NCBI GenBank assembly: GCA_963674745.2
Contig: CAXXDV010000003.1
Coordinates: forward strand, 1,248,001 to 1,312,000
Length of the DNA stretch: 64,000 nt
Direction of reading: 5' to 3'
From: Desulfosudaceae bacterium
GTDB taxonomy: Bacteria > Desulfobacterota > Desulfobacteria > Desulfobacterales > Desulfosudaceae
Both the position numbers and the translations under genes were made by a program. This document shows, piece by piece, positions 1-10,300 of this stretch (the stretch's first letter is position 1; every line of letters starts with the position of its first letter). The notes under the pieces are model-generated. The model was not told the DNA's origin and did no database searches. It worked only from the letters and a program-made list of their open reading frames with translations.

Positions 1-1689
1 GAGAAGACCCTGGATCTGCTGATAAACGAAGCCGTCGCTTTTGCCAAAGGGGTGGTCGATCCCCTTCAGGAACTGGGTGAAACCGAAGGCGTGATTTTTG
101 ATAACGGCCGGGTATCCTGCCCCCGGGCCTTCCGTGAGGCGTTTAAGAAATACGGTCAAGACGGCTGGACCGCGGCTGCCCGGGACCCGGTCTGGGGCGG
201 CGGCGGGTTTCCCACCATGATGCGCATCGTGGTTAACGATATTATGTACGGCGCCTGCCAGGCTTTTAACATGGCCCCCAGCCTGACCCACGGCGCGGCC
301 CATTTGATCGAAAGTTTCGGCACCGATGAACTGAAAAAAATGTTTGTTCCCCGGATGTACGACGGTACCTGGTCCGGCACCATGGCCCTGACCGAACCTG
401 ACGCGGGTTCCAACCTGGCCGACATTCAAACCACGGCCGCCCCTCTTGAAAACGGACGGTTCAAAATCAAAGGCACTAAAATATTTATCTCCTGGGGCGA
501 TCACGATCTGGCCGAAAACATTGTCCACCTTGTCCTGGCCCGTATTGTGGGCGCTCCTGAAGGCGTTAAGGGAATATCTCTTTTTATCGTGCCCAAATAC
601 AAGATCAACCCGGACGGATCGGTCGGGGATCCCAACGATGTGCTTTGCGGCGGGGTGGAGAAAAAGCTGGGCCTGCATGGGTCGCCAACCTGTGTGTTAA
701 ACTTCGGTACCGGTGACAATTGTGACGCCTGGTTGTGCGGGGAAGAAAACCGCGGCCTGGCCCATATGTTTCAGATGATGAACCAGGCCCGGATCAACAC
801 CGGTGTTTCGGGCATGGCTATCGCGGCGACGGCTTATCAGAACGCCCTGGCGTATGCCAAAGAACGCGTTCAGGGGCGTGATATCGCCGGTCGGAAAAAA
901 GGCGGGGTGCCCATCATCGATCATCCGGACGTTCGTCGCATGCTGTTGTGGATGAAAGCGGTTACCGAGGGCATGCGTTCTTTAACCTATACCGCGGCTT
1001 TCTGGGCCGACCTGGCCGCGCAACTTCCGGACCGGAGCCGGCGGGAACATTATCGTGATCTGATCGAGTTTATTACCCCCGTTGTCAAGGCCTATTGTTC
1101 GGAAAAAGGCTTCCGGGTATGCGAAATCGCCATGCAGTGCCTGGGCGGTTATGGCTACAGCCGGGAATATCCCATCGAACAATACCTGAGGGACGTCAAG
1201 GTACTGTCCCTCTATGAGGGCACCAACGGCATTCAGTCCCTGGATCTCATGGGCCGCAAAATGGCCATGAAAGACGGGGCACTTTTGAACGGCTTTAAAG
1301 ACGAGGTAATGGAATTCTGTCAAATCCATGCCGGTCATTCCGTCCTGGGTGAACAAATCAATGCCCTGGGCCGGGCCGTTGATCAGGTCTGCGGCATGGC
1401 CGTGAAAATGCGTGATCTCCAGAAAACCGATCCGTTGCAATGGGCCTCATATACTTATCCCGCCCTGATGTGCCTGGGTGAAATAACCGTTGTCTGGCGC
1501 CTGCTGGACATGGCTGTGGCGGCTCATAAGAAAATTCAATCGGGCCGGGGGCCGGAAGATTTTTTCAAAGGCAAAATTCTTCAGGCCACCTGGTATGCCG
1601 ATACCGTTTTGCCGTTCTGCATTACCGAGATGACCGGTTGTCTGCGGGAAGGCAGGGAAATCGTTGATATGCCAATATCTGCATTTTAA
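1..1689 (+). CDS. Acyl-CoA dehydrogenase (long, DmdC/FadE-like); 5' end lies outside the window
   Basis: Frame is open from base 1 (EKTLDLLINEAVAFAKGVVD...); motifs MALTEPDAGS, IKGTKIFIS, CLGGYGY, LYEGTNGIQ. Confidence 0.9.
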   Translation, partial: EKTLDLLINEAVAFAKGVVDPLQELGETEGVIFDNGRVSCPRAFREAFKKYGQDGWTAAARDPVWGGGGFPTMMRIVVNDIMYGACQAFNMAPSLTHGAAHLIESFGTDELKKMFVPRMYDGTWSGTMALTEPDAGSNLADIQTTAAPLENGRFKIKGTKIFISWGDHDLAENIVHLVLARIVGAPEGVKGISLFIVPKYKINPDGSVGDPNDVLCGGVEKKLGLHGSPTCVLNFGTGDNCDAWLCGEENRGLAHMFQMMNQARINTGVSGMAIAATAYQNALAYAKERVQGRDIAGRKKGGVPIIDHPDVRRMLLWMKAVTEGMRSLTYTAAFWADLAAQLPDRSRREHYRDLIEFITPVVKAYCSEKGFRVCEIAMQCLGGYGYSREYPIEQYLRDVKVLSLYEGTNGIQSLDLMGRKMAMKDGALLNGFKDEVMEFCQIHAGHSVLGEQINALGRAVDQVCGMAVKMRDLQKTDPLQWASYTYPALMCLGEITVVWRLLDMAVAAHKKIQSGRGPEDFFKGKILQATWYADTVLPFCITEMTGCLREGREIVDMPISAF

Positions 1690-1760
1690 AGATGCTTTTT
1701 ATTCTGATAAGATGGAAGTAGTCTAAGGGCAGAATTTTGTAAGGTGAATGGCTTATGGGA

Positions 1761-1907
1761 GGGATCAAGGGTTCAAGGATTCAAGGGGTCAAGGAACGAC
1801 TATGAATAAAGTACTGTTGAACACCAATTGATTTAATAATATATTTTTTAACAGATTTTTGAACCCTCGAACCCTCGAATCCTCGAATCCTCGAATCCTT
1901 GAACCCT
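1761..1907. repeat. Two inverted arrays of degenerate 8-mers (GGRTTCAA-like x4; TYGAAYCC x6) flanking an AT-rich spacer
   Basis: 1761-1794 gggatcaa gggttcaa ggattcaa ggggtcaa; 1859-1907 ttgaaccc tcgaaccc tcgaatcc x3 ttgaaccc, the reverse-complement units. Confidence 0.85.
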
Positions 1908-1960
1908 GCGCGTCAAAAAAGTTCGGGAAAAATTTAACAGTTATCATAAACGGAGGAGTT

Positions 1961-3124
1961 ATGGATTTCGGCCTGTCAAGAGAAATGACCATGCTGCGGG
2001 ACGCTGTCCGCCGGTTTGCCAACAAGAAAATCGCGCCGCATGTGGACGAGTGGGATAAAAATCATTATCTGCCCCATGAAGAGGCCTTAAAACCCATGGG
2101 CGAGCTGGGCTTTTTCGGCTCGGTTATTCCTGAGGAATACGGGGGCGATGACATGGGCTTTCTGGCCGCGGCCATCATTACCGAGGAGATCGCCCGGGTG
2201 TCCAGTTCTTTGCGGGTGCAGGTCAACCTTCAGGGCCTGGGTACGGCCTATCCTATTTTCCGTTACGGCACGGAAGCAGCTAAAAAAAAGTATATCCCCA
2301 AACTGTGCACGGCCGAATATCTGGGTGGATTTTCCATTACCGAGCCCAACGCCGGTTCGGATGTAATGTCCATTGAAACGACAGCCGAGGACAAAGGCGA
2401 TCATTTTGTTATAAACGGTTCGAAGACATGGATATCAAACGCCAACCAGTCCGATGTAATCGTCTGCTATGCTTATACGGACAAGGAAAAAAGGGGTAAG
2501 GGCCTGTCGGCCTTTATCCTGGAGCCGAAGAATTTTGACGGTATTTCCACCACCGACCTTGATAAACTGGGTTCTTTTTCATCGCCTACCGGCGAGCTTT
2601 TTTTCAACAACGTCATCGTGCCCCGGGAAAACCTGCTGGGCGAACCCGGAGACGGCGCCCGCATTGTGTTCAGTTCCTTAAACCAGACCCGGCTGTCGGC
2701 CGCGGCCGGCGCTGTGGGTACGGCCCAGGCCTGCCTGGATATTGCCACGCAATACTGTAATCAGCGGGAACAGTTCGGGCAGCCCATCGGCAAATACCAG
2801 ATGAATCAGGATCTCATCGCGCAGATGACCGTGGACGTGGAAGCGGCCCGCCTGCTGGTGTATAAGTCAGCCTGGCAGAAGGATCAGGGTATGCTCAACA
2901 ATGGCATGGAAGTGGCCCAGGCCAAGTATTTTGCCGGGGAAGCGGCCATGAAGTGCGCCAATTATGCCATGCGCATCATGGGTGCCTATGGTTATTCCAC
3001 GGAATACCCTTTGGCGCGGTTTTATCGTGATATTCCGACTTACATTATTGTTGAGGGGTCGGCCAATATCTGCAAACAGATTATTGCCATGGACAAACTG
3101 GGGTATCGAAAAGCGAACCGGTAG
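1961..3124 (+). CDS. acd: Glutaryl-CoA dehydrogenase, non-decarboxylating (glutaconyl-CoA-forming) type
   Basis: GGAGGA RBS before ATG 1961 (MDFGLSREM); resembles Desulfococcus multivorans Acd end to end as recalled (SLNQTRLSAAAG, KCANYAMRIMGAYGYSTEYP, VEGSANICK, C-terminal RKANR). Confidence 0.85.
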   Translation: MDFGLSREMTMLRDAVRRFANKKIAPHVDEWDKNHYLPHEEALKPMGELGFFGSVIPEEYGGDDMGFLAAAIITEEIARVSSSLRVQVNLQGLGTAYPIFRYGTEAAKKKYIPKLCTAEYLGGFSITEPNAGSDVMSIETTAEDKGDHFVINGSKTWISNANQSDVIVCYAYTDKEKRGKGLSAFILEPKNFDGISTTDLDKLGSFSSPTGELFFNNVIVPRENLLGEPGDGARIVFSSLNQTRLSAAAGAVGTAQACLDIATQYCNQREQFGQPIGKYQMNQDLIAQMTVDVEAARLLVYKSAWQKDQGMLNNGMEVAQAKYFAGEAAMKCANYAMRIMGAYGYSTEYPLARFYRDIPTYIIVEGSANICKQIIAMDKLGYRKANR

Positions 3125-3140
3125 GCGTTTCGCTTGCATA

Positions 3141-3380
3141 CGTACTTTTCTTTGGCGCAAAGAAAAATACCAAAAGAAACATTGCCCGGCAGCTTGGCCT
3201 TCGGCTTCCCTCGCGCAGTCGTTTTTTTCGGCGCGGACAGGAACTCGCGCAGTCTCGGTTGTGTAGGGGCAACCCCCTGTGGTTGCCCATCAGCTGGGCG
3301 GCCACAGGGGGCCGCCCCTACAGCATTTGTCCGCGTCTTCCGAAAAAACCGCCCGCGCTCGGCTGCGCTGCAACGGGCGG
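3141..3380. repeat. Structured intergenic hairpin element with a GTAG-REP doublet at its centre
   Basis: tacttttctttg/caaagaaaa hairpin; arms gtttttttcgg-cgcggaca and tgtccgcg-ccgaaaaaac flank the REP pair. Confidence 0.55.
3262..3322. repeat. Inverted pair of GTAG-type REP palindromes
   Basis: GTAGGGGCAACCCCCTGTGGTTGCCC (3263-3288) and GGGCGGCCACAGGGGGCCGCCCCTAC (3296-3321). Confidence 0.8.
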
Positions 3381-3581
3381 GGCCGTGCGGGAAATGTGAT
3401 GTCAATCTGAATATGTTTATAACCACGCCATTTCAGGGCATGGAAAACTAAAATGTATCCGCGTCCGGCTGTTTTCCCACCAGCGAAAATTCGTCGACTC
3501 TTCCCGAAGAGGTCGAAGCCAGGGTTCGCGCCTGGGTGGATAAAACCTACGGCAGGTGAGAAGGGCGTCATTTCAGGCCGC

Positions 3582-5768
3582 TTAATACAGTGTTTCTACG
3601 CTCCAATAGGTATCGTTTACCGGTGGAAATTTCTTCTTGTACTGAAGTTCCATTCGGACCTGCTTATCAAGACGCTGGGGAATGCCAAACCGGATGATGC
3701 CGTCTTTGGTCTTCCATTCCGTGATGCGGGCGAATTTTCCGGTGTTCAGGTCATTGATAAAGTCAGGAGAAAATTCTCCCTGGTCATAGGTGTCTGTGGG
3801 CGGTCCCAGCCGCTTGAGGATGGCCGCCTGCACGCGCCCGAAGGTCTGCGCCACGGTCTGCTGGTTACCCACGTTATCGAAATCGATCACCAGGACGGTG
3901 CCGTTGACGATGGTTTCATCGGTGAGGAGCCCGAAACGCTGGCGTTCATCTATTTCGTCAAGAATATGCGCTTCATAAACGACAAGCCCCGGCTGCATTA
4001 TTCCGCCGGTCAGCCCCTGTGTATCCAGTTGCCGCATCACAGTGGCAAGATCCTCGCCGATAATTTTGGAGGGCATCAGCGCCGGCTGCTGCGGGGATGC
4101 GGCTTCTTCCTGTCGGGTGAATAAGGGGCGGAAAACGCTGGCGACGGTTTTACCCGCGGGCTTCTCGAAATGGAATGTGTAGAAGGCGCCCACCCGGTAT
4201 GCCTCTGTTGCGTCGGCACTGGTCGGATCCCTGTCGGTATAATCCATTTCCAGCCCAAGTGTGTGAGCGCCGTAGACAAGCCGGTAATTCGCCGACAGGG
4301 TGTTGATAAAATCATCCCGGGTTCCCGCGGCATATGCTTTTTTCAGCAGGAGATTGTAATTAAGCCCGAAATAATGATGCTCACGCGCCAGTTGCAGCCC
4401 CAATGAACCGCCATACACATCGCCATCGGTCTGATTCCCCTGGAGGTGCTGGAAGACGAGCCCCGGCGTGATGCTGCCCTTGAAGGAAGCAAGGGCGATC
4501 GCATGGGCGCCGCTGAGGCTGACCTCGATCGTGTGCTGGGAGCGGCTATTGGCAACGGCATAGTTTTCAAGCCTTCGGCCGATCAGCGCGAGCCGGGTGG
4601 CCCAGGAACGGACGGGCATACCCAGGCTGAGGTTTAAAGACTGGATGTCGGTGTCGATGGTTTTATCATGATCTTCTGTCGTCTGGCAGAAGGCGTCGAA
4701 GTTGGTGGTCAGGGCCGGATGGAAAAAGCCGAGGGGACCGGTAAGCGCCACGCCGGCGACATTTGTTTCCGTTGGATTGCCGGAGCTGACGCCATCGGTG
4801 AAGCGCTGGAGACGTCCCCTGAGGTTAAGCCCCTGGGTAAACCGCCATGCCCCGTGTGCTTCGCAGGCCTCATAATCCTGGTTGACCAGGGCGCCCTTCG
4901 GCTTGTAGTTTTTGCCGTAGTTCTCGTACCGGAGACGGTAGGTGAAGGGTGTCCCGGTCTTTCCCCGGAGCTGCCCGAAATACCCCATGCCCGAAGCATT
5001 TTCTTTTACCGTGTTGTCCATAAAGTCGATGTAATCGCCGGTGAAAAAATTGACTTCCCCCTCAACCGTCATTTCCTGTTTTCCGAGGGCCCATTTTTTT
5101 TCACCGGTTACGCCGGTCGTTATCTGATTGCGCGTAGAATACTCGTTGCTCTCGTCACGGGCACTGTGATTATGAACGATATTGACGGCGTAGTTTCCCC
5201 AGCGGGGGTGTTCCATAAGCCACGAAGCACCGCTGAACAGGTTGTCCCGGGGGGTATAGTCTTTATAATCGTCCGCGCCCGCGCCGGAAAAGAGCAGAAA
5301 AGAGTTTTTTCCGTCCATGGACGCGAAGGTGGGCTGAAATTCAAGCTGGATGCCTTTCAAGGAACGCTGGATGGTTCGGGTGCTTATAAACGAGAAAGTG
5401 TCGCCGAGCTGGTTTCTAAAGGGGACTCCTCTGTCGCCCTTTTCCCAGGTCAGGTTACATCTTTCCAGGACAAAGCCGGTGTAACGGCTGCGGTAGCCGG
5501 AGTCATTATAGAGAAGATCGGCCCGGCCCTGGATAAACTCGTAAGGCGAGTAGCGCCTGGAAAATCCGGTCGCCAGTTCATTATAGAACTGGCCGCCGGT
5601 ATCCTGGTAAGGGCTTCCGGAAGGGTTTCCCCAGTAATCGTAATGTTCATATCTGGCGGTATTGTCAACCGTGATGGACCAGTCCTGGAGCCACTGCGTC
5701 TCCTGCGCGCGGGCATAAGCCGGCAGAAGAACCCCCGCGATAATGATGAGTATGAGGATTCGTTTCAT
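3582..5768 (-). CDS. Hypothetical exported protein; probable outer-membrane beta-barrel with a C-terminal soluble domain
   Basis: 728 aa; signal peptide ending AYARA|QE; alternating aromatic/hydrophobic strands; internal beta-signal-like YRVGAFYTFHF followed by about 190 aa. Confidence 0.65.
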   Translation of the reverse strand: MKRILILIIIAGVLLPAYARAQETQWLQDWSITVDNTARYEHYDYWGNPSGSPYQDTGGQFYNELATGFSRRYSPYEFIQGRADLLYNDSGYRSRYTGFVLERCNLTWEKGDRGVPFRNQLGDTFSFISTRTIQRSLKGIQLEFQPTFASMDGKNSFLLFSGAGADDYKDYTPRDNLFSGASWLMEHPRWGNYAVNIVHNHSARDESNEYSTRNQITTGVTGEKKWALGKQEMTVEGEVNFFTGDYIDFMDNTVKENASGMGYFGQLRGKTGTPFTYRLRYENYGKNYKPKGALVNQDYEACEAHGAWRFTQGLNLRGRLQRFTDGVSSGNPTETNVAGVALTGPLGFFHPALTTNFDAFCQTTEDHDKTIDTDIQSLNLSLGMPVRSWATRLALIGRRLENYAVANSRSQHTIEVSLSGAHAIALASFKGSITPGLVFQHLQGNQTDGDVYGGSLGLQLAREHHYFGLNYNLLLKKAYAAGTRDDFINTLSANYRLVYGAHTLGLEMDYTDRDPTSADATEAYRVGAFYTFHFEKPAGKTVASVFRPLFTRQEEAASPQQPALMPSKIIGEDLATVMRQLDTQGLTGGIMQPGLVVYEAHILDEIDERQRFGLLTDETIVNGTVLVIDFDNVGNQQTVAQTFGRVQAAILKRLGPPTDTYDQGEFSPDFINDLNTGKFARITEWKTKDGIIRFGIPQRLDKQVRMELQYKKKFPPVNDTYWSVETLY

Positions 5769-6271
5769 TGAAAAACCTTCTGGGTGATTTTGATGATGTA
5801 TTCCTGCTCCCCGGGCCTGCGCTGGAAGCCGTTTTCAGGATCATTATATTCAACCTGTGTCCGGGCGATGACCGATACCCTGCTGATGAGTTGTGCCCCC
5901 TGATCGTCCTCCTTGATCTCTTGCGCCAGGACTCTATAGCTCCCGATGGATAGCAGCCGGAGTTGCGCATCAACCGGCGCGTAGGCGTTCATCGAATCCA
6001 TCAGCCGATCCTTGTCTTGCAAGGTGGCGGCGAAGTTTTGGGACATATCGGGGGTGTTCCACGACCGGGCAATCTCCTGCATGGTTTCCTCAATCACCCG
6101 GCGGTCAAGCGGGATGATTTTTTTTACCGGCCTGGCCCCTTCAGCAAGAGGGGTATCCGCCAGGACAGGGGTAGCAATGGGCTGGATGATACGGAACTCC
6201 TGGGCCTGAACGGGAACAGTAAAAAAACTGATCGCCAGAAGGATGAATGCACCAGTCAACCTGAATAACAT
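5765..6271 (-). CDS. Hypothetical exported protein
   Basis: 168 aa; GGAGG upstream; signal peptide ending VPVQA|QE; ATGA overlap with the next gene. Confidence 0.75.
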   Translation of the reverse strand: MLFRLTGAFILLAISFFTVPVQAQEFRIIQPIATPVLADTPLAEGARPVKKIIPLDRRVIEETMQEIARSWNTPDMSQNFAATLQDKDRLMDSMNAYAPVDAQLRLLSIGSYRVLAQEIKEDDQGAQLISRVSVIARTQVEYNDPENGFQRRPGEQEYIIKITQKVFQ

Positions 6272-6324
6272 GGGGAGAAACCTCCATAACTGTTTTTTGA
6301 ATCGTTAACTGAAACAATTCGGCA

Positions 6325-7356
6325 TCATTGCCATTTAACGCTGGTTACCTGAAAGATATAAGGCGGTCCGCTGCTCAACATGAACGTGACGGACATCATA
6401 CTCCCTCCTTTTAGGAAAGAAGCAGTGACCGCCGAATTATAAGCGGCTTGACCGCTTGAGCCACTCCAGCCACTTGAAGAGTCAGCGACCCCAAAATAAA
6501 AGATTCCTGTGCCTGAATTACTGATGTAAACCGAGGCGCCGGCGGAGCTTGTAGACAGACGGCAGGACTTGTTTTCCGGGTCCGCCACAATAAAAGCCAT
6601 CCCACCGGAGGAGAGAGCAATCGAGCTGCCGGTACAATTATCACTGCTGCTGGGTGGTGGCGTCGGTTCCGGCGCTGGCGGCTCCGGCTCCGGTGCGGGT
6701 GGTGTCGGTTCCGGTGGTGGCGTCGGTTCCGGCGCTGGCGGCTCCGGCTCCGGTGCGGGTGGTGTCGGTTCCGGCGTCGGCGACGGTGGTTTATTATCGT
6801 CGTTGCCGGAAGCAGGCAAGAAAGCCTTTTGTACTTGGTCCCAAGAGAAGGGATTTGTCCCTGTCTCTCCGTCTTTCAACGCTGACCAGGCGGTTATAAC
6901 CTGTTCAATCTCTATGTCTACGACCGGCGGTTCGTTCCCGAGGCCGGGTGTTTCGACCTGGATAACTTTAGGCCCGCCGGGAAGCTGCCCGCCGGGTGGT
7001 TGTGCGGGAGGCTGCGGCGGTAGTAGTGGTGGCGGCTGCGGCGGCGCCCCGGGGGGGGCAGGGGGCTGGGGGGCGCCCGGTTTTTTACCCCCGCCAAGAT
7101 CGCAGAAGAGGTCGTATTGCTGTTGCAGCGCGTCCGTACCGGCCTTATAGTTTGCAACCTTGCGGTTGACAAAGTTGGCCGGGGTTTCGATCGGCTTGTT
7201 TTTATTTTCAGCCGGATCGGCAGACAGCGTCGCCGGTATGATGGAGAATATCAACCACAGGATTGCGGCCGCGTAGAAATGTATCGTTTTATGCGACAGG
7301 CCGTGATTGGTGTATTTTTGTTTTTTCAGGATCATCGTTATTCTCCTATAACTCAA
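6325..7356 (-). CDS. Hypothetical exported Pro-rich protein with a small C-terminal beta-rich domain
   Basis: 343 aa; hydrophobic N-terminus ending ATLSA|DP; PQPP and PEPTPP linkers; overlaps the stop codon of the upstream gene. Confidence 0.75.
   Translation of the reverse strand: MSYRRITMILKKQKYTNHGLSHKTIHFYAAAILWLIFSIIPATLSADPAENKNKPIETPANFVNRKVANYKAGTDALQQQYDLFCDLGGGKKPGAPQPPAPPGAPPQPPPLLPPQPPAQPPGGQLPGGPKVIQVETPGLGNEPPVVDIEIEQVITAWSALKDGETGTNPFSWDQVQKAFLPASGNDDNKPPSPTPEPTPPAPEPEPPAPEPTPPPEPTPPAPEPEPPAPEPTPPPSSSDNCTGSSIALSSGGMAFIVADPENKSCRLSTSSAGASVYISNSGTGIFYFGVADSSSGWSGSSGQAAYNSAVTASFLKGGSMMSVTFMLSSGPPYIFQVTSVKWQ
6653..6774. repeat. Perfect 60-bp tandem duplication encoding PEPTPPAPEPEPPAPEPTPP
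   Basis: 6653-6714 is identical to 6713-6774. Confidence 0.9.
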
Positions 7357-10300
7357 GCCGCCATCCGCGTGGATTGCTCGGTTAAGGGATTAAAAGGTGA
7401 CAGGGAGCTCTGAGGCCCAATGACAGGTATGGCAGGGATGACGGGTGTCTGGCCGGCGCCGCTCATGACGGAACCGCTTTGAATCTGAGCGGGTGTGGCG
7501 GATGACAGATTGTTAATCTGTTGCTGTAGATCAGCGGCGCTGTTGCCGAGTTGACTGGATGCGGCATTGACCGCGGCCGCTGTTTCGTCCACCGTGCTTT
7601 GCAGTTTTTTTACAGCGTCGGTGGCCATGGCCTGGGCCTTGCGGGTGCCATTGACAATGTTATCCCATTTATTCGGATCGGTCAGAAACGTCTTGAGCAG
7701 ATCCGGGTCGATATGCTTGGCGATATTGGTGTCACCCATCGTGAACCCTGTCCCGAGGAATTTTTCGGCAAACTGGGCGAGTTCGGGACCGACCTCGTTC
7801 GCCAGAAGCATGGCTTTATAGGCCGGGTCCACCGTTTCCGTAATCAGGCTTTTGTCCAGCAGTGCGTTCATTAATCTTCTGGCCTCTTCCGGACTGACCT
7901 TGGCGATGCTGCCGCCTTCCACGGCAACATAACGGAAGCTGCCATCAGGCAGGGTTTCCTTGATCAGGTTGCCGGAATGCGCGTCACCGAACACGACGCC
8001 TTTCTTGGCGGCATTGTTGTAAAATTCCAGGGCCTCGATCTGTTCCTGGCGTGTCAGCACCCGCCCTGTCCCGGCACGGCTGTCCAGGATGTCCTGGAGG
8101 GTCTGCTGGTTGGCGGCGAATTTGTCCTTTATGATGACGTTGGATCCGGCTTCCTTTGCCGGTATATGGGGAATATCAGCCTCCCGGAGGGTTTTTAACC
8201 CCGCCACTTCATCATCGAACCTGAATTTTTCGGTAAACACCTTGGCCACCCTGTCATCACCGACATCAATGACTTTGCCGGCAATACCCTTGCCGAGGAC
8301 TTCTCCGTTTTTGAGTTGTTCTCGCAGTGCCGGGGTCAGATCCAGGTCCGTCGGCGGCGGCGGCGCCTTGCTCAATTCATCCAGTTGCGCCGCCCTGTTC
8401 CTGACGGCCTCGTCGAGTTTGTCGGAGAGCTGCTTGACGGCCTGCTGATTGGCGGCCACGGCCTCATCAAAGGCACCGCCGGTTTTTTGCAGCGCCTCCC
8501 GGGCGGCGGCCAGGGCATCATCCACCTGCTGGCCTGCGATCTGCCCGCTTTGCCGGGCCGCTTCCAGCCGGGCAATATCGGCTTCCAGCAGGGCCCGCTG
8601 CTGAATGGCATTGGCGGTAGCCACGGCCGTTTTCTGCGAGGTCACAATTTGTCTGCCGATATCATCAATGTATGCCTGAAGCTTGGCCAATGGTTTTGTC
8701 CCAGCAGCGGCTTTAGCCCCATTCAGAGCGGTGCCCGAGGTGGCAATGGTCAGGATGATGTTGTTCATGGCCTTGCCGGCCTCGTCCATTTTTCCCCAGA
8801 GCTCATTGATGCGATTGGCGATTTCAATGGCCTTGACATTGTCTTGTGTGGAACCGCCCAAGCGAAGCTGTTCGTCCATGAGAGACTCAATCTCCTTGAG
8901 TACGTCGGTTTTGGAATGAACGAGTTTGGCGACATCCTCTCCCAGGGCTTCAAAGATGGCCGGTACCAGGTTGCCGGGATTCAGCACGTTCGCTATGGCG
9001 TCCATTTTCGCCATCACCTCGTGCAGCGGCTGGTTAACGACACCGTCATATACGCCGCCGGCGATACCGCCGACAACGGAACTGTAGCGGTCAGCGAGAG
9101 TGACGCCGGCCGTTGCCAGGCTGTCGGCAACGGAATTGCCGGCGGCGATGCTCTCAAGGACCGAATCAAGGCCGGTGGGTTGCAGCAGCCACAGGCACCA
9201 GGATCCGGACCAGTTGAGCCAGGAGCCGTTTTCCACTTCAAAGGCCAGTCGGGCTGCTTCGGCCAGGGCTTCGGCGGTTTTGCGGTCCTGCTCCACCTGT
9301 CTGATGCCGTCGATTTTCAGGCGCAGCGGCAAGATCTGGTGTAAGGGGGCGGGGATGGTAATATTATCGATCGGGATCTGTTCCTTTTTCGGTTCGGGCA
9401 GTTTCAGGCTCATGCCCGGAAGCGCCCAGGCCGCCCCCCGATCCTGCCGGCCGTCGGCAAAGGTAATTGTGTAATCCATACTGGTGGTCGGTCCCATTCC
9501 CAGGCAGTGCTCAAATTTTCCGGAGGCGAACATGTCGGCCAGGGCGGTCTGCCCCTGACCGAGCGTTTCCCGGATTTTTAAAAGCGCGTTAAAGCCGTCA
9601 TCGAGTTGCCGGTTGCGTTCGGCAAGCTTTTCCTTTATCGCAGGCAGACCGGCTTCGAGCCGGCGCCGGGCATCGGCGTGTTCATTATATATACGTTTCT
9701 GATCCGCCCGTAATTGATTCAGCAGGGCCACACGTTTCTGATCAAAAACAGCCGCGGTCGGGGCGATGCCATGACCGAGGGACAACGGGATACCCGTTTC
9801 TCCCATGCGATAGCTGTCATATCTTTGCTGATCCGCCGCGGACATGACCAGATCGTTGACCATGGCGGTCTGGACCAGCCTGGCATAATCCTGGCTGAGT
9901 TTTATGATCGGGGCCGAATCATAGAAGTCCTTGATATCCTGCAGGGCAGCCTGCCAGAGATCGGCGTAGGCGGACTGCTGATCAAAATACTGCTGGGGTA
10001 TTTCCAGGATGCGGTTCATGAGGCCGACAGGGGCGTCACAGGGAATCTGGATCTGCTTTTCGCGGGCCTGAATCTGCTGCAACAGATCGCCACAATCTTC
10101 GCTGATGCGGACCGGCACATCCGGGGTGTCTCTGGGTGCGTTCTGTTGGACGATCTCTTCCGGAGCGGGCTGTTGCACAATAACAATTTCATTCTGATCG
10201 TTGAGCCGGGCCATGCCTTTCTGCTGAAAGGAAGCCGCTTCGATGCAGACGGTTTTATCCGGATGGCTGGCGGCCGCAGCGTCCGCTTCTGCGGCGCTGA

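Noticed and set aside
1859..1960. N-terminal extension of the acd ORF
   Set aside because: Translates the 8-mer repeat array; the RBS and homology start at 1961
3040..3571. Several short ORFs in the intergenic region
   Set aside because: They arise from palindromic repeat DNA
6569..7150. Gly-rich plus-strand ORF resembling a structural protein
   Set aside because: Antisense shadow of the Pro-rich gene, which has operon context and a signal peptide
4668..9344. Long plus-strand ORFs (4668-5771, 8316-9344)
   Set aside because: Antisense to real minus-strand genes; no motifs; expected in GC-rich coding DNA
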